A DNA stretch of 64,000 bases from Zygnema circumcarinatum SAG 698-1b (taxonomy: Eukaryota > Plantae > Zygnematophyceae). Below the pieces are notes generated by a model. The model had not been told where the DNA came from and searched no databases. It saw only the letters and a list, made by a program, of their open reading frames with translations. This document shows, piece after piece, positions 37,293 through 49,300 of the stretch. Position 1 is the stretch's first letter. Each line of letters starts with the position of its first letter. Both the position numbers and the translations under genes were made by a program. The stretch lies in contig CM074808.1 in NCBI GenBank assembly GCA_037447605.1, forward strand, positions 3,782,001-3,846,000, given 5' to 3'.

Positions 37293-37304
37293 CATGCCCA
37301 TGCC

Positions 37305-40300
37305 TCACTTCTTGCACTTGTTCCGGAGGCTGACCCTGGTGGGCCTGTAGGCCGCGGTGGGCGCGCAGACCGTCCGCCCCAATATGAGCTTCCGGTTGTT
37401 GCAGGGCTGGCCCTGGTTGAGGCACGTGAAGATGTTGAGGTTGCACCGGAACGTGCCCGAGTACACCTTGGTCAGGCAGGTCTGCCCGGGGCCCTTCACC
37501 AGGAGGGCCTTGGCCTTGCGGGGGGGCGTCGTGTACTTCTTGTCCGTGCACGCGTTCCTTGAACACCCGGTGGATCCGAACACTTGGGGCACGTACGGCA
37601 GAATGCAGATCTGCAAGGGGGTGGATCGGAGGGGATGGTGGATCAGGAAGTGGATCAAGAGGTGGATGAGAAGATGGACAGGATGGATGAAAAGGTGGAC
37701 CAGTCGGTGGACAACGGAGCTAGTAAGAAGGGGTGGATCAAATAATGGATCAGAAGGTGGATCAGGTGGATCGAGAGATGGATCCAAAACAAGGAGAAGC
37801 AACGTCTCCTCAAGGATTTCACATTCTGAGGGTTTTCCATAACCTAGAAAGTTATTTGAACGATTGCAGGAGTTTGGGGTTTAGGGTTGAGCGGCGGCCG
37901 ACCAGGTCCCCCTGCACGAGCGCGTCGCAGTTGATCCCGGGGTTGAGCGCGAAGAACTCGAGCGCCGTGGTGCGGCCCGCGTACAGAAAGGCGCAGCCGC
38001 GGCCGCGGTCCGCTGGGAGCACCTCGTAGTACTGCCCGCACAGCTGGCTCTTGTAGTACGGGCTCGGCTCCACGCACACCTGCACGGGGACCGCCACAGG
38101 GAGAGACAGAGAGAGAGAGAGTGAGTGAGAGAGTGAGAGAGGGAGAGGAGGGGAGGGGGAGAGGAGGGGGGGGAGAGAGATAAGGGGAGGGGGGGAGAGA
38201 GAAGTGGTGGGGGGGAGAGAAGGGGGAGGGAGAGAGAGAGGGGGGGAGCGAGAGGGGAATGGAGGGGGAGGAGGGAGAGGGGAAGGAAGGGGGGGAGAGA
38301 GAAGGGGGGAGGGAGATGGGAGGGGGGAGGGAGAGGGAAGGAGGGAGAAGGGGGGACTGAGAGGGGAGGGAGGGAGAGAAGGGGGGTGGAGAGGGAGAGG
38401 GGGAGAGGGAGAAGGGAAGGGAGGGAAGGGGGAGGGAGAGAGAGGGGGGGGAGGTAGAGTGAAGGTTTGGGGTAACGGAACGGCAAGGGGCCTGTCGGGT
38501 CAGAGCGCGCGCACACGCCCTCAGGGGGGACTCCACGAGGCGGATTCAAACGGCGCCACGTGGATTGCGCGCCTTTTTGTCTTTTTTGGGTTTCCAAGTT
38601 TTCTAACCGCGCTTTCCAATCAGTGTTCACCACGTGGTCGCCACGTGGTGAACACGTGGTCAGCGCCAATTGGCTGCGAGCTCTCCGCTTGCGAGCGGCG
38701 GTCGCGGCGGGTCGTTGGATGCGAGTTGACGTGGCAGCCATTCCGGAGGTCAATCGGGACGGATGCCACGTGGCGGCGCGCGGTTGGGCGAACGGACGTT
38801 TTCCAGTCAACGTTTCGCAAAACGGCCCAGGAGAGGTGTCGGGTTTCGAAAAATTTGACGTGGCGCCAACGTGGCGGCCACGTCGGCGCCACGTTGGCGA
38901 CACGTTAGCTCCATGTAGGTGCCACGTCGGCAAAACGAGCCCTCAAGGAACCCGGAGGCGCGTCGCACACGACGGGCGAATTTCTCCATGGAACCCGCCC
39001 TGAGCAAGTCTCTCTCTCTCTCTCTCTCTCGCTCTCTAGCCCCCCTGTCCTCTCTCTCTCCCTCCCCTCATCTCTCTGTCTCACTTCCCGCCCTTCTCTC
39101 GCTCCCTCTTCCTCTCCCTCATCTTCTCACTCTCTCTCCCACCCTTCCCTCTCCCACTCTCTCTCACTCTCACCCTCAACCCCCTCTTCTCTTCTCTTCC
39201 CCCCCCCCCTCCCCCACACACATAATACATCTCCCCCTCTGGCGAGTTTTTAGGGTTCGCATGCAGCGCACGTACCGGCAGATTCGGGCCCAAATCCGCA
39301 TCGGGGTTGTCGCAGTTGAGGCTTGAAGACGGGTTAACGCTCGTCAAGGTCGCCACACTTAGGGACTTGGGAGGCGCAGTAAACAGACTCACGATGCTGT
39401 TACATGTGTCACCCTGTAAAAATAATCAAGAAAAAATTAAACAACGAAAACCCCAGATGGCGCATCACATTATCTTGCCTTAACATTGACTGCACATTTC
39501 AAAAAAAAAAAAAAAAAAATGAAATGTTGCATTCAAAATAAGGGGCTTGACTGCTGCTTACTCTGACAGTGCTGTATATGACTCCGCATTCGATGTCTCG
39601 GTCGACAGGTCCAATTGAGAGCTCGGTCCCTCCCGGAACCGTGTATGCAGTCGTGCCAGATCCGCAAAAAGCATCGAGATACTGCATGCAGGCAGATATG
39701 CAGAATTTAGTTTTTTCCTCAAAAAAGTCAGTGAAAGAGTCAACTATTTTTTCTTTAAGAAAATAACAGAAAATTCTAGAAAACTCAACAACCAGAATGA
39801 CCTGAAAAACGAAAACCAAAAGCAACATCGGAGAAAAGTCGGGCAAAAAATGAGTGAGGGCGTACAGGATTCAAGTACAGAAGGTCAGTGGGGTTCAAAA
39901 AGTTGATCTCTGCAATCTGCATGCAGGTGAGACCTCCCGCCGGGACGGTATAAGTGTTGTTTTCCGCAGAAAGGGCGCCTGCTGCAACTGCAAAGGAAAA
40001 TAGCCACATAGGACGAGAAGTATCGGACAAGGGTTAGTGACTGAGTCAAAACTTGGTTTCACATACGGAAATTTGTGTTTAATAAGTTGGAAAGGCTGCT
40101 CCCTCTTCCTCTTTTCCCATTTCCCTGTTCCTCTTTCCTGTCGGAATTCGAACTTTGAACTTACTGGGAATGCAGGTTACGGAACCGTCCGGTCGCATTC
40201 CTTCTGTGAAACCACTGAAAGCAGAGCAGTCGCATGAGTAGGCCCCTGATCCGGTGTTTGCGCATCTGTAGGAGCAAAATTTGGGGAAAAAAATGTTAGC

Positions 40301-43300
40301 CAAAAATATTGAGGACAAATACAAGCACGAGCCCTGAGACTATGGCATCCTCTCTCTACAGCAAGGGAAAAAAAGTAGAGTTTTCTGGAGGATTTTTGGA
40401 GAACTTACTTGCCAACTCCACATGGGTTGTATGTTGTGGCTGAGCAAACGTCGACTGCATTCAACAACCCCACATAAGTTTCCAGAATTCAAGTTATGTA
40501 GGGCCTCTCAGATGAGGGTGTCTTCAGGCTGCTAAGAAGGGTATGATGCAGAATTAGTCAAGTAACTCAGAATGGGGGCCAACAAAAAAGGGAAAAAGTT
40601 TCGTTTGAAACGTACTTAGTGTGCAGACTTCATTGCCACCGCTCGCTAATATAGCTCAAGAGGGCAAAACATGTGTATCGCGAGCTATACAGCGATCTGA
40701 ATGACATATTCCACTCCACATGTTGTTATGATTCCACCATCGCATGCTGTGACTGCAATTCAACCAGAATCAATGTTAGAATATGCCCCGAGTAAAGCTA
40801 AAATGAGACAGTACGCAGTCCAACAAGGCCCATGTTGAAGACGAAACGGTTGAATTTAACATGGAAACGGCACATGAACTAGCGGTACTGATAGCACTGG
40901 GCTGCGAGTGAGCTGGAGGTGAGCATAGTGCTGGAGGTAAAACCCGGGCCGACCTGAAACCGCCGTGGCGCTGGCAGGAGTAGCAAAGCGCCGGAGGAGG
41001 CCGACTCCGTAAAATGAGGCAAGCGTGGGAGACAGCTGAGGGGGTGGAGGAGGGACCCGAGGCACCAATGGGGAGGGAAAGAGGAAGGATAATTGTGGAG
41101 GGAAAGTTGGTGGGATAGGCGCGGGGTTGGGAGGGGGGGATGAGACGGAAGGGCTTGGTGCAGGAGATGGGGCGGGAGGGGTGAGTGGAGACGGAGAGGG
41201 AGCGGGAGGGAGAGGGGAGGGAGAAGGGGCTGGAGGGGTGAGTGGAGAGGGAGAGGGAGCGGGAGGGGTGAGAGGGGAGGGAGCAGGGGCTGGAGGGGTG
41301 AGTGGAGAGGGAGAGGGAGCGGGAGGGGTGAGAGGGGAGGGAGCAGGGGCTGGAGGGGTGAGTGGAGAGGGAGAGGGAGAGGGGTGAGAGGGGAGGGAGC
41401 GGGGGCGGGAGGGGTGAGTGGAGTTGGAGAGGGAGCGGAGGGGTGAGAGGGGAGGGAGTGGGGCTGGAGGAGTGGAGATGGAGAAGGGATGTAGGGTAGA
41501 GTGGGAGGGAGCAGGGGGCTGAGTGGGTGAGTGGAGGGAGAGGGAGCGGGGGGGGAGGGGGGGAGGAGAGTGGAGGGAGGGAAGCAAGCAGGAGGAGGGG
41601 AGCAAGTGGGAGGCGGAGCGTGGAGCCGGAGAGGAGCCGGAGCGGAAAGGGGAGGGAGCGGGGGTGGGGGAGTCGAAAGGGGAGGGAGCGGGGGTGGGGG
41701 AGTCGAAAGGGGAGGGAGCGGGGGTGGGGAAGTTGAGAGGGGAGGGAGCGGGGGCGGGAGGGGTGAGTGGAGAGGGAGAGGGAGCGGGAGGGGTGAGAGG
41801 GGAGGGAGCAGGGGCTGGAGGGGTGAGTGGAGATGGAGAGGGAGCGGGAGGGGTGAGTGGGGAGGAGCCTGCATGGGAGGGAAGTGAGCGAGCCGAGGAT
41901 GGTTTTATAAAGAGCGGGGAGGGAGCCGGGGTGGGGTGAGTGGAGTTGGGAGAGTGGAGTGACCGGAAAGGAGGGAGCGGTGGTCGAAAGGGAGTGGAGC
42001 GCAGCGGGAAGCTGAGAGGGGAGGGAGCAGGGGCTGGAGGGGTGAGTGGAGAGGGAGAGGGAGTGGTGAGTGGAGCAGGGGCTGGAGGGGTGAGTGGAGA
42101 GGGTGAGGGAGCGGGGGCGGTGAGGGGTGAGTGGAGAGGGAGAGGGAGCGGGAGGGGTGAGAGGGGAGGGAGCGGGGGCGGGAGGGGTGAGTGGAGACGG
42201 AGAGGGAGCGGGAGGGGTGAGAGGGGAGGGAGCGGGGGTGGGGGAGGGAGCGGGGGTGGGGGAGTTGAAAGGGGAGGGAGCGGGGGTGGGGAAGTTGAGA
42301 GGGGAGGGAGCGGGGGCGGGAGGGGTGAGTGGAGAGGGGAGCCGGAGCGGGAGGGGTGAGTGGAGTGGGAGAGGGAGCGGGAGGGGTGAGAGGGGAGGGA
42401 GCGGGGGTGGGGGAAGAGAGGGGAGGGAGGGGGGGGGGGGGGCGGGGGGAGGGAGGGGGGGGGGGGGGGGGGAGGGAGCGGGGGAGGGGAAGTCGAGGGA
42501 GCGGGAGGGCTGAGAGGGGAGGGAGCGGGGGCGGGAGGGGTGAGTGGAGTTGGAGAGGGAGCGGGAGGGGTGAGAGGGGAGGGAGCAGGGGCTGGAGGGG
42601 TGAGTGGAGAGGGAGAGGGAGCGGGGGCGGGAGGGGTGAGTGGAGAGGGAGAGGGAGCGGGAGGGGTGAGAGGGGAGGGAGCGGGGGCGGGAGGGGGGCG
42701 GGAGGGGTGAGTGGAGTGGGAGAGGGAGCGGGAGGGGTGAGAGGGGAGGGAGCGGGGGCGGGGGAGTTGAGAGGGAGAGGGGAGGGAGCGGGGGCGGGAG
42801 GGGTGAGTGGAGAGGGAGAGGGAGCGGGAGGGGTGAGAGGGGAGGGAGCGGGGGCGGGAGGGGTGAGTGGCGATGGCGAGGGAGCGGGAGGGCTGAGAGG
42901 GGAGGGAGCGGGGGGGGGGGGGGGGGGAGTTGAGAGGGGAGGGAGCGGGGGTGGGGAAGTTGAGAGGGGAGGGAGCGGGGGCGGGAGGGGTGAGTGGAGT
43001 TGGAGAGGGAGCGGGAGGGGTGAGTGGGGAGGGAGAGGGAGCGGGAGGGGTGAGTGGAGTTGGAGAGGGAGCGGGAGGGGTGAGAGGGGAGGGAGCGGGG
43101 GTGGGGGAGTCGAAAGGGGAGGGAGCGGGGGTGGGGAGCGTTGGGGAAGTTGAGAGGGGAGGGAGCGGGGGCGGGAGGGGTGAGGGGTGAGTGGAGAGGG
43201 AGAGGGAGCGGGAGGGGTGAGAGGGGAGGGAGAGGGAGCAGGAGGGGTGAGAGGGGAGGGAGCGGGGGAGGGGAAGAGGGGCGGGGAGGGAGCGGGGGCG

Positions 43301-46300
43301 GGCGGGGGGGGAGGGGAGGGTGGGGGCGGGGGAGGGGTGAGAGGGGAGGGAGCGGGGGCGGGAGGGGTGAGTGGAGGGAGAGGAGCGGGAGGGTGAGAGG
43401 GAGGAGGGGGGTGGGGGAGTCGAAAGGAGGGAGCGGGGGTGGGGAAGTTGAGAGGGGAGGGAGCGGGGGCGGGAGGGGTGAGTGGAGTTGGAGAGGGAGC
43501 GGGAGGGGGGAGGGGTGAGTGGAGAGGGAGAGGGAGCGGGAGGGGTGAGAGGGGAGGGAGCCGGGGCGGGAAAGGGGAGTGGAGGGAGAGGGAGCGGAGG
43601 GGTGAGAGCAGAGGAGCGGGGTGGTTGAGAGGGGAGGAGCCGGGGTGGGAGGGGTGAGTGGAGTGGGAGTGGGAGCGGGAGGGGTGAGTGGAGTGGGAGA
43701 GGGAGCGGGAGGGGTGAGAGGGGAGGGAGCGGGGGTGGGGGAGTTGAAAGGGGAGGGAGCGGGAGAAGGGAAGTCGAGAGGGGAGGGAGCCGGGGCGGGA
43801 GGGGTGAGAGGCGAGGGAGCGGGGGTGGGGAAGTTGAGAGGGGAGGGAGCCGGGGTGGGAGGGGTGAGTGGAGTGCGGCGGGGGTGAGGAGCGAGGGGAG
43901 AGGGAGTGGGGAGGGGGTGAGGGGTGAGAGGGGAGGGAGCGGGGGGGGGGAGTTGAATGGGGGAGGGGTGAGAGGGGAGGGAGCGGGGGTGGGGAAGTTG
44001 AGAGGGGAGGGAGCCGGGGCGGGAGGGGTGAGTGGAGATGGAGCAGGAGCGGGAGGTGTGAGTGGAGAGGGAGGGGAGCAGGGGGGTGAGAGGGGAGGGA
44101 GCGGGGGTGGGGAAGTTGAGAGGGGAGGGAGCCGGGGCGGGAGGGGTGAGTGGAGTGGGAGAGGGAGCGGGAGGGGTGAGAGGGGAGGGAGCGGGGGTGG
44201 GAAGTTGAGAGGGGAGGGAGCCGGGGCGGGAGGGGTGAGTGGAGTTGGAGTGGGAGCGGGAGGGGTGAGAGGGGAGGGAGCGGGGGAGGGAGCGGGGAGG
44301 AAGTCGAGAGGGAGAGCCGGGGCGGGAGGGGCAAGGAGACGGAGAGGGAGCGGAGGGGCAGGAGGGAGGAGCGGGGGTGGGGGAGTTGAAAGGGGAGGGA
44401 GCGGGAGAAGGGAAGTCGAGAGGGGAGGGAGCGGAGGGCGGGAGGGGTGAGAGGGGAGGGAGCGGGGGAGGGGGGGTCGAAAGGGGAGGGAGCCGGGGCG
44501 GGAGGGGTGAGTGGAGAGGGAGCGGGAGGGGTGAGTGGGGAGGGAGAGGGGGCGGGAGGGGTGAGAGGGGAGGGAGAGGGAGCGGGAGGGGGAGTTGAAA
44601 GGAGGGAGCGGGGGTGGGGAAGTTGAGAGGGGAGGGAGCGGGGGTGGGAGGGGTGAGTGGAGTGGGAGTGGGAGCGGGAGGGGTGAGAGGAGGAGGGAGC
44701 GGGGGTGGGGGAGTGAAAGGGGAGGGAGCGGGGGTGGGGAAGTTGAGAGGGGAGGGAGCGGGGGCGGGAGGGGTGAGTGGAGTTGGAGAGGGAGCGGGAG
44801 AGTGAGTGGAGGCATAAAGGTATAGGAGTGGTGGTGGCCGAGAGGGAGGAGCCGGGGCGGAGGGGTGGGGAGTGGAGGGAGGAGCGGAGGGGTGAGAGGC
44901 GAGGGATGGGGGTGGGGAAGAGGGAGTGGTCGGGGTGGGAGGTGAGTGGAGGGAGGGAGCGGAGGGGTGAGGGAGGGGAGAGGGAGCGGAGGGGTGAGAG
45001 GGGAGGGAGCCGGGGCGGGAGGGGTGAGTGGAGTGGGAGAGGGAGCGGGAGGGGTGAGAGGGGAGGGAGCGGGGGCGGGAGGGGTGAGAGGGGAGGGAGC
45101 GGGGGTGGGGGGGTCGAAAGGGGAGGGAGCCGGGGCGGAAGGGGTGAGTGGAGATGGAGCAGGAGCGGGAGGTGTGAGTGGAGAGGGAGAGGGAGCAGGA
45201 GGGGTGAGAGGGGAGGGAGCGGGGGTGGGGAAGTTGAGAGGGGAGGGAGCCGGGGCGGGAGGGGTGAGTGGAGTGGGAGAGGGAGCGGGAGGGGTGAGAG
45301 GGGAGGGAGCGGGGGGAGGGGGTGAGAGGGGAGGGAGCCGGGGCGGGAGGGGTGAGTGGAGAGAGGGAGCGGGAGGGGTGAGAGGGAGGGAGCGGGGGTG
45401 GGGGAGTGAGGGGAGGGAGCGAGGGGAGTCGAGAGGGGAGGGAGCCGGGGCGGGAGGGGTGAGTGGAGACGGAGAGGGAGCGGGAGGGGTGAGAGGGGAG
45501 GGAGCGGGGCTGGGAGAAGAGGGGGAGGGGGAGGTGGAGGGGAGTGGGGACGGAGCCGGAGCCGGAACTAGAGATGGAGATGGTGATGGAAACGGAGTTG
45601 AAGTTGAAGTGGGAGAGGGAGAAGGAGAGGGGACATGGGAGGGAGTGGGCGACTGTGAGGGGGAGGGAGAGGGAGATGGGGATGGGGAGGGGTTCGGAGT
45701 TGGAGAAGCGGAGAGGACGGGGGACGGTGCCAGTACCGGAAACAGATTCGGGGACGGAGACTCAGAAGGAGAGGCTGCGGGAGACGGGAATGGAGAGGAA
45801 GCAGGGGAGAGGGAGGGAAACGGTGAGGGAGAGGGAGTTGGAAATGGCGAGGGAGATGCGGAGGGGGATGGAGTTGGGGAAGGTGATGGGGAGGGGGCTG
45901 TAGTCGGAGATGGTGATGGAGTCGGAGGTGGGAAATCGATTACTATGGGGGATGGTGATGGGGATGGAGATGGAGATGGGGACGGAAATGGGGAGAGAGA
46001 GGTAGACGGGGAGGGAGAGGGAGATGGCGAGGTGGATGGAGTTGGGGAAGGTGATGGGGAGGGGGCTGTAGTCGGAGATGGTGATGGAGTCGGGGATGGG
46101 AAATCGATTAATATTGGGAATGGTGATGGGGATGGAGATGGAGATGGGGACGGAAATGGGGAGAGAAAGGGAGACGGGGAGAGGGAAGGAGATGGCGTGG
46201 GGGTCGGAATTGGGGAAGGTGATGGGGAGGGGGCTGTAGTCGGAGGTTGGAAATCGAATACTATTGGGAATGGTGATGGGGATGGAGATGGAGATGGGGC

Positions 46301-49300
46301 CATGGACGGAGCTAGTGTGGGGGCACTGAGGGGTGTTTGGAGAGTTGCAGGCCGAGTATCCCGTAACCGAGGAGGAGGAGCCATTGAATCTTGTGCTATA
46401 GATGTTGGAACAACGGAGTCCCATACCCAACCCCACATCAAAGAAAGAGGGGTTTTAACACGATTTTGAGAAGATTATGAGTACACATGAGCTTTAGATG
46501 TGTGCTCCTCTCCATGCGTTCAAAATCGCAAATGTGTCGATACTAGTTGGCGGACTGATACGAAGCTTACAGCGTGTTGATGCTTCAAAGAAATGAAAAC
46601 TTCAAAAAAAAAAAAAAAAAAAAGAGAAGAAAGGAAAAAAGAAAAAAAAAAGGAAATGAAATGAAATGAAACTTTGAAGCTCAAATGGACGGAAGGCAAA
46701 AAGAGCATACCCAGTAGTTGCCTGCGACGCCGGTATGGGGACTCTTTGAACCCTGCCGGATAAGGGTTTATGACCGGGTAAACGGGGCCAACTTGATACA
46801 TGTTTGCGATTCCCGAGCCTGTCATAGAGCGATAGAGACGAATGTACCCATTTTCTCCCCAATCTGTGCCCCATGAGTTCTTTGCAAGCCAATATGGTAC
46901 CCCTTCTTCCGTTCCATAGCCAATGACTACCAAGTTATGATCCGGAAGCCCGGTGCAATCACCATCTGGATCAAGAAATATTCCCTGTCACAGAGGAAAA
47001 CCTTTGAATTATTCAAAAGTCGTAGAAAGCAATCGTCCTTACGTATGCATCATTTTTCAGGTCATCTCAACTCGCAGCATATCACATACCTGAAGGTCAT
47101 ATTCAGCGAGGAATTGGAAAAACGATAACGTGCTCTGCACTCACCGCTTGGTACTCAAAGAATGCTGAGCATGTGCAGATCGCAATGATAACGGGTTGAC
47201 TGTTGACCGCCTGCATGAGAGCGGTAGCGTTATCACTAGCAACTTGTTCCCAACCGACCACCGAGCTCCTTTCCTTGTCAAAGGAATTCTCCTGCAACAC
47301 AAACAGTACGTCGCGCATGGCTTGTTTTCAGTGAATCGTCAAATGTACAAAGTGAGTTCGTAGAAGTCGGTCAAGGAGTTAGGAAACAAGGAGGGGTTAG
47401 GTTTTGAGGGTGCCTGCACTTTGTGTCAGAAACCCTCACCAAAGCTGTGTTGCAGGTCCCGCTTCTGACTTCTCCCGGTAATAGAGGGTAGTCGGAAGCA
47501 TAATTCAAACCTCCAAGCCTTGCCACGTACTCCAACACATCTCTTGGATCTCCTCCATCACATGTAATTCCGCTCTTCGGCAAACAGTCCAACACTTGCT
47601 GCACAGAAAGGGGGGGACCCACTGTGTAGTCATTGATGTTGATCGCAAGCTCAATGGCTTTCACAGAACTGAAGGCCCAGCATCCACCTGCCACATGGAG
47701 AACAAGGAAAATTTCTTAACATCACTCTTGCGTTCATCAATCTTTTTTATGTTTGAAGAGTGCTGGATGGTGAAAGAATGATCGATACAAACCAAGCCCA
47801 ATGGTTTAAGAAACGTAGTCAGAATGTAATTACGGGTAAGATTACTCACTGCATAGTCCTTGATATGCAGGCTCTGAACTGTAGCTCGCAAAGCTCACAG
47901 TTTCGCGGATATCAATGGCAGGAACACTTTGGTATCGAAAAAGGCTGTTGTATTTGAGAAAGTCAAGAGGCTCGCAGGGAGCAACACACTCCTCAATAAC
48001 GGCATAGTGATCGACATAACCCGTTGTCAAAATGCCACTATTCGGCTGCAAAAGCTCAACCAATACAACCTCGTCAGCTTACTTCACCACAAGCATTTCG
48101 AGAAATTTGAGGTTTTCTGGGGTCGCATTGTGCAAGTCTGTTTCCTTTGAGCTCGCAGACACGGAGGAGACTTTGGCTCAGAGTCAGTTTCATATACTGA
48201 GAGGAGGGAGAGAGAAGAGAGAGAGGAGGGAGGCAGTATGGTACCAAGCCGGGAATGGGAGCAGGAGGAGGAATGTTGTAGGTCCCATTGTTGCACTCAA
48301 CAGCCGGTGCATAGTCGCAGGTTTGACCTATTGGGTCCCAAAGGAGCCCTCCGAGACATGCGCCTCCGTCAACAAAGCCTCCATCTTCGTCGCATTGACA
48401 CCATTGGCTGTTTCACATGTGAAAAACAACAACATGTGGTCAGCGCATCATATTGTTACTCCTTTATTATCATTAACTTTTGAGGAGAAATTGGTCGAAA
48501 ACTTTTGAATCTGAACCCCCTATTGTAAGCGTTTGCGATAATGCTGTCAGAAGAAAAGGAGAGAATAAAGACCATTCACAGAGGGTCCCAGGGGGAATTC
48601 AATTAGTGGACTCTGTTCTGCAGTAGTTGGGCTGAGACCATCTCTTGCTCACCGGCATGGCGGCTGTGCTATGAAGTTCTGGAAGGTGCCATTCTTCCTC
48701 CCTTGGCAGCAGCCATCGTCTTGCTGAATGTACCACAGACAGAACACAAGTCAAGCCGACCGCTCACTTTTCCTTTGCTCTTTGCTCTCTTTGTTCTCTC
48801 TCACAGCCTCTCTTCTCTGTCTCTGTCACTGTAACGGGTGTCCCCATCCCCCTCCCCCTCTCTCACTCTCCTCGTTCTCACTCTCTCCCTCTCTCTCACA
48901 CTCTCCCCCCATCTCCCCCAGCCCTACTCCTCGACATCACAGTAAGAGAACCTTATTCCTTTCCTCTTGTATCCCTCCTCTGCATTGTACACCTTCCCGG
49001 CGAAGGATAGAAGAAAACTCACCACTTCAATGAGCGGCGGCAAAGCAGTGAGATTCCATGTAAAGAAATCAAAGAATGGCGGCGGCGGTGTTGGGCCGTA
49101 AAACGGCGGAGGACGCGGTTTTACACATGGAAACACCGACGGCCTCCCTGTCGTGTTCACACCTCGAGGGGGTCGAGGGGGTCTATGGGGACCCCTATAG
49201 CACGGCTCCCCTCTGTGCTTCCCAATTCCGGGAGGATGACCTCCCACTCCTGGAGGGTGTCTCGCTCTCCCAGGAGGGTGCCTCCCACTGCCAGGTGGAT

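Noticed and set aside
37618-37790. Regularly spaced GGTGGATC repeats considered as a CRISPR-like array
   Set aside because: Units are 9-12 bp with no unique spacers, in a eukaryotic intron, with no cas genes.
41127-46469. Plus-strand Gly/Glu/Arg-rich ORFs (collagen- or glycine-rich-looking)
   Set aside because: Antisense readings of the Pro-rich coding repeat; only the minus strand connects to flanking exons.
48046-48195. Extra exon YMKLTL..NACGE followed by a 37-nt intron
   Set aside because: A single ~200-nt phase-0 intron (48244-48046) with a CT tract is more parsimonious; a 37-nt intron would be unusually short.
48924-49020. [13 protein letters not shown] segment superficially like a papain I29 prodomain helix
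   Set aside because: It lies after a good GTGAGT donor at 49022, and the frame closes at 48924; splicing to the second CBM exon explains the region better.
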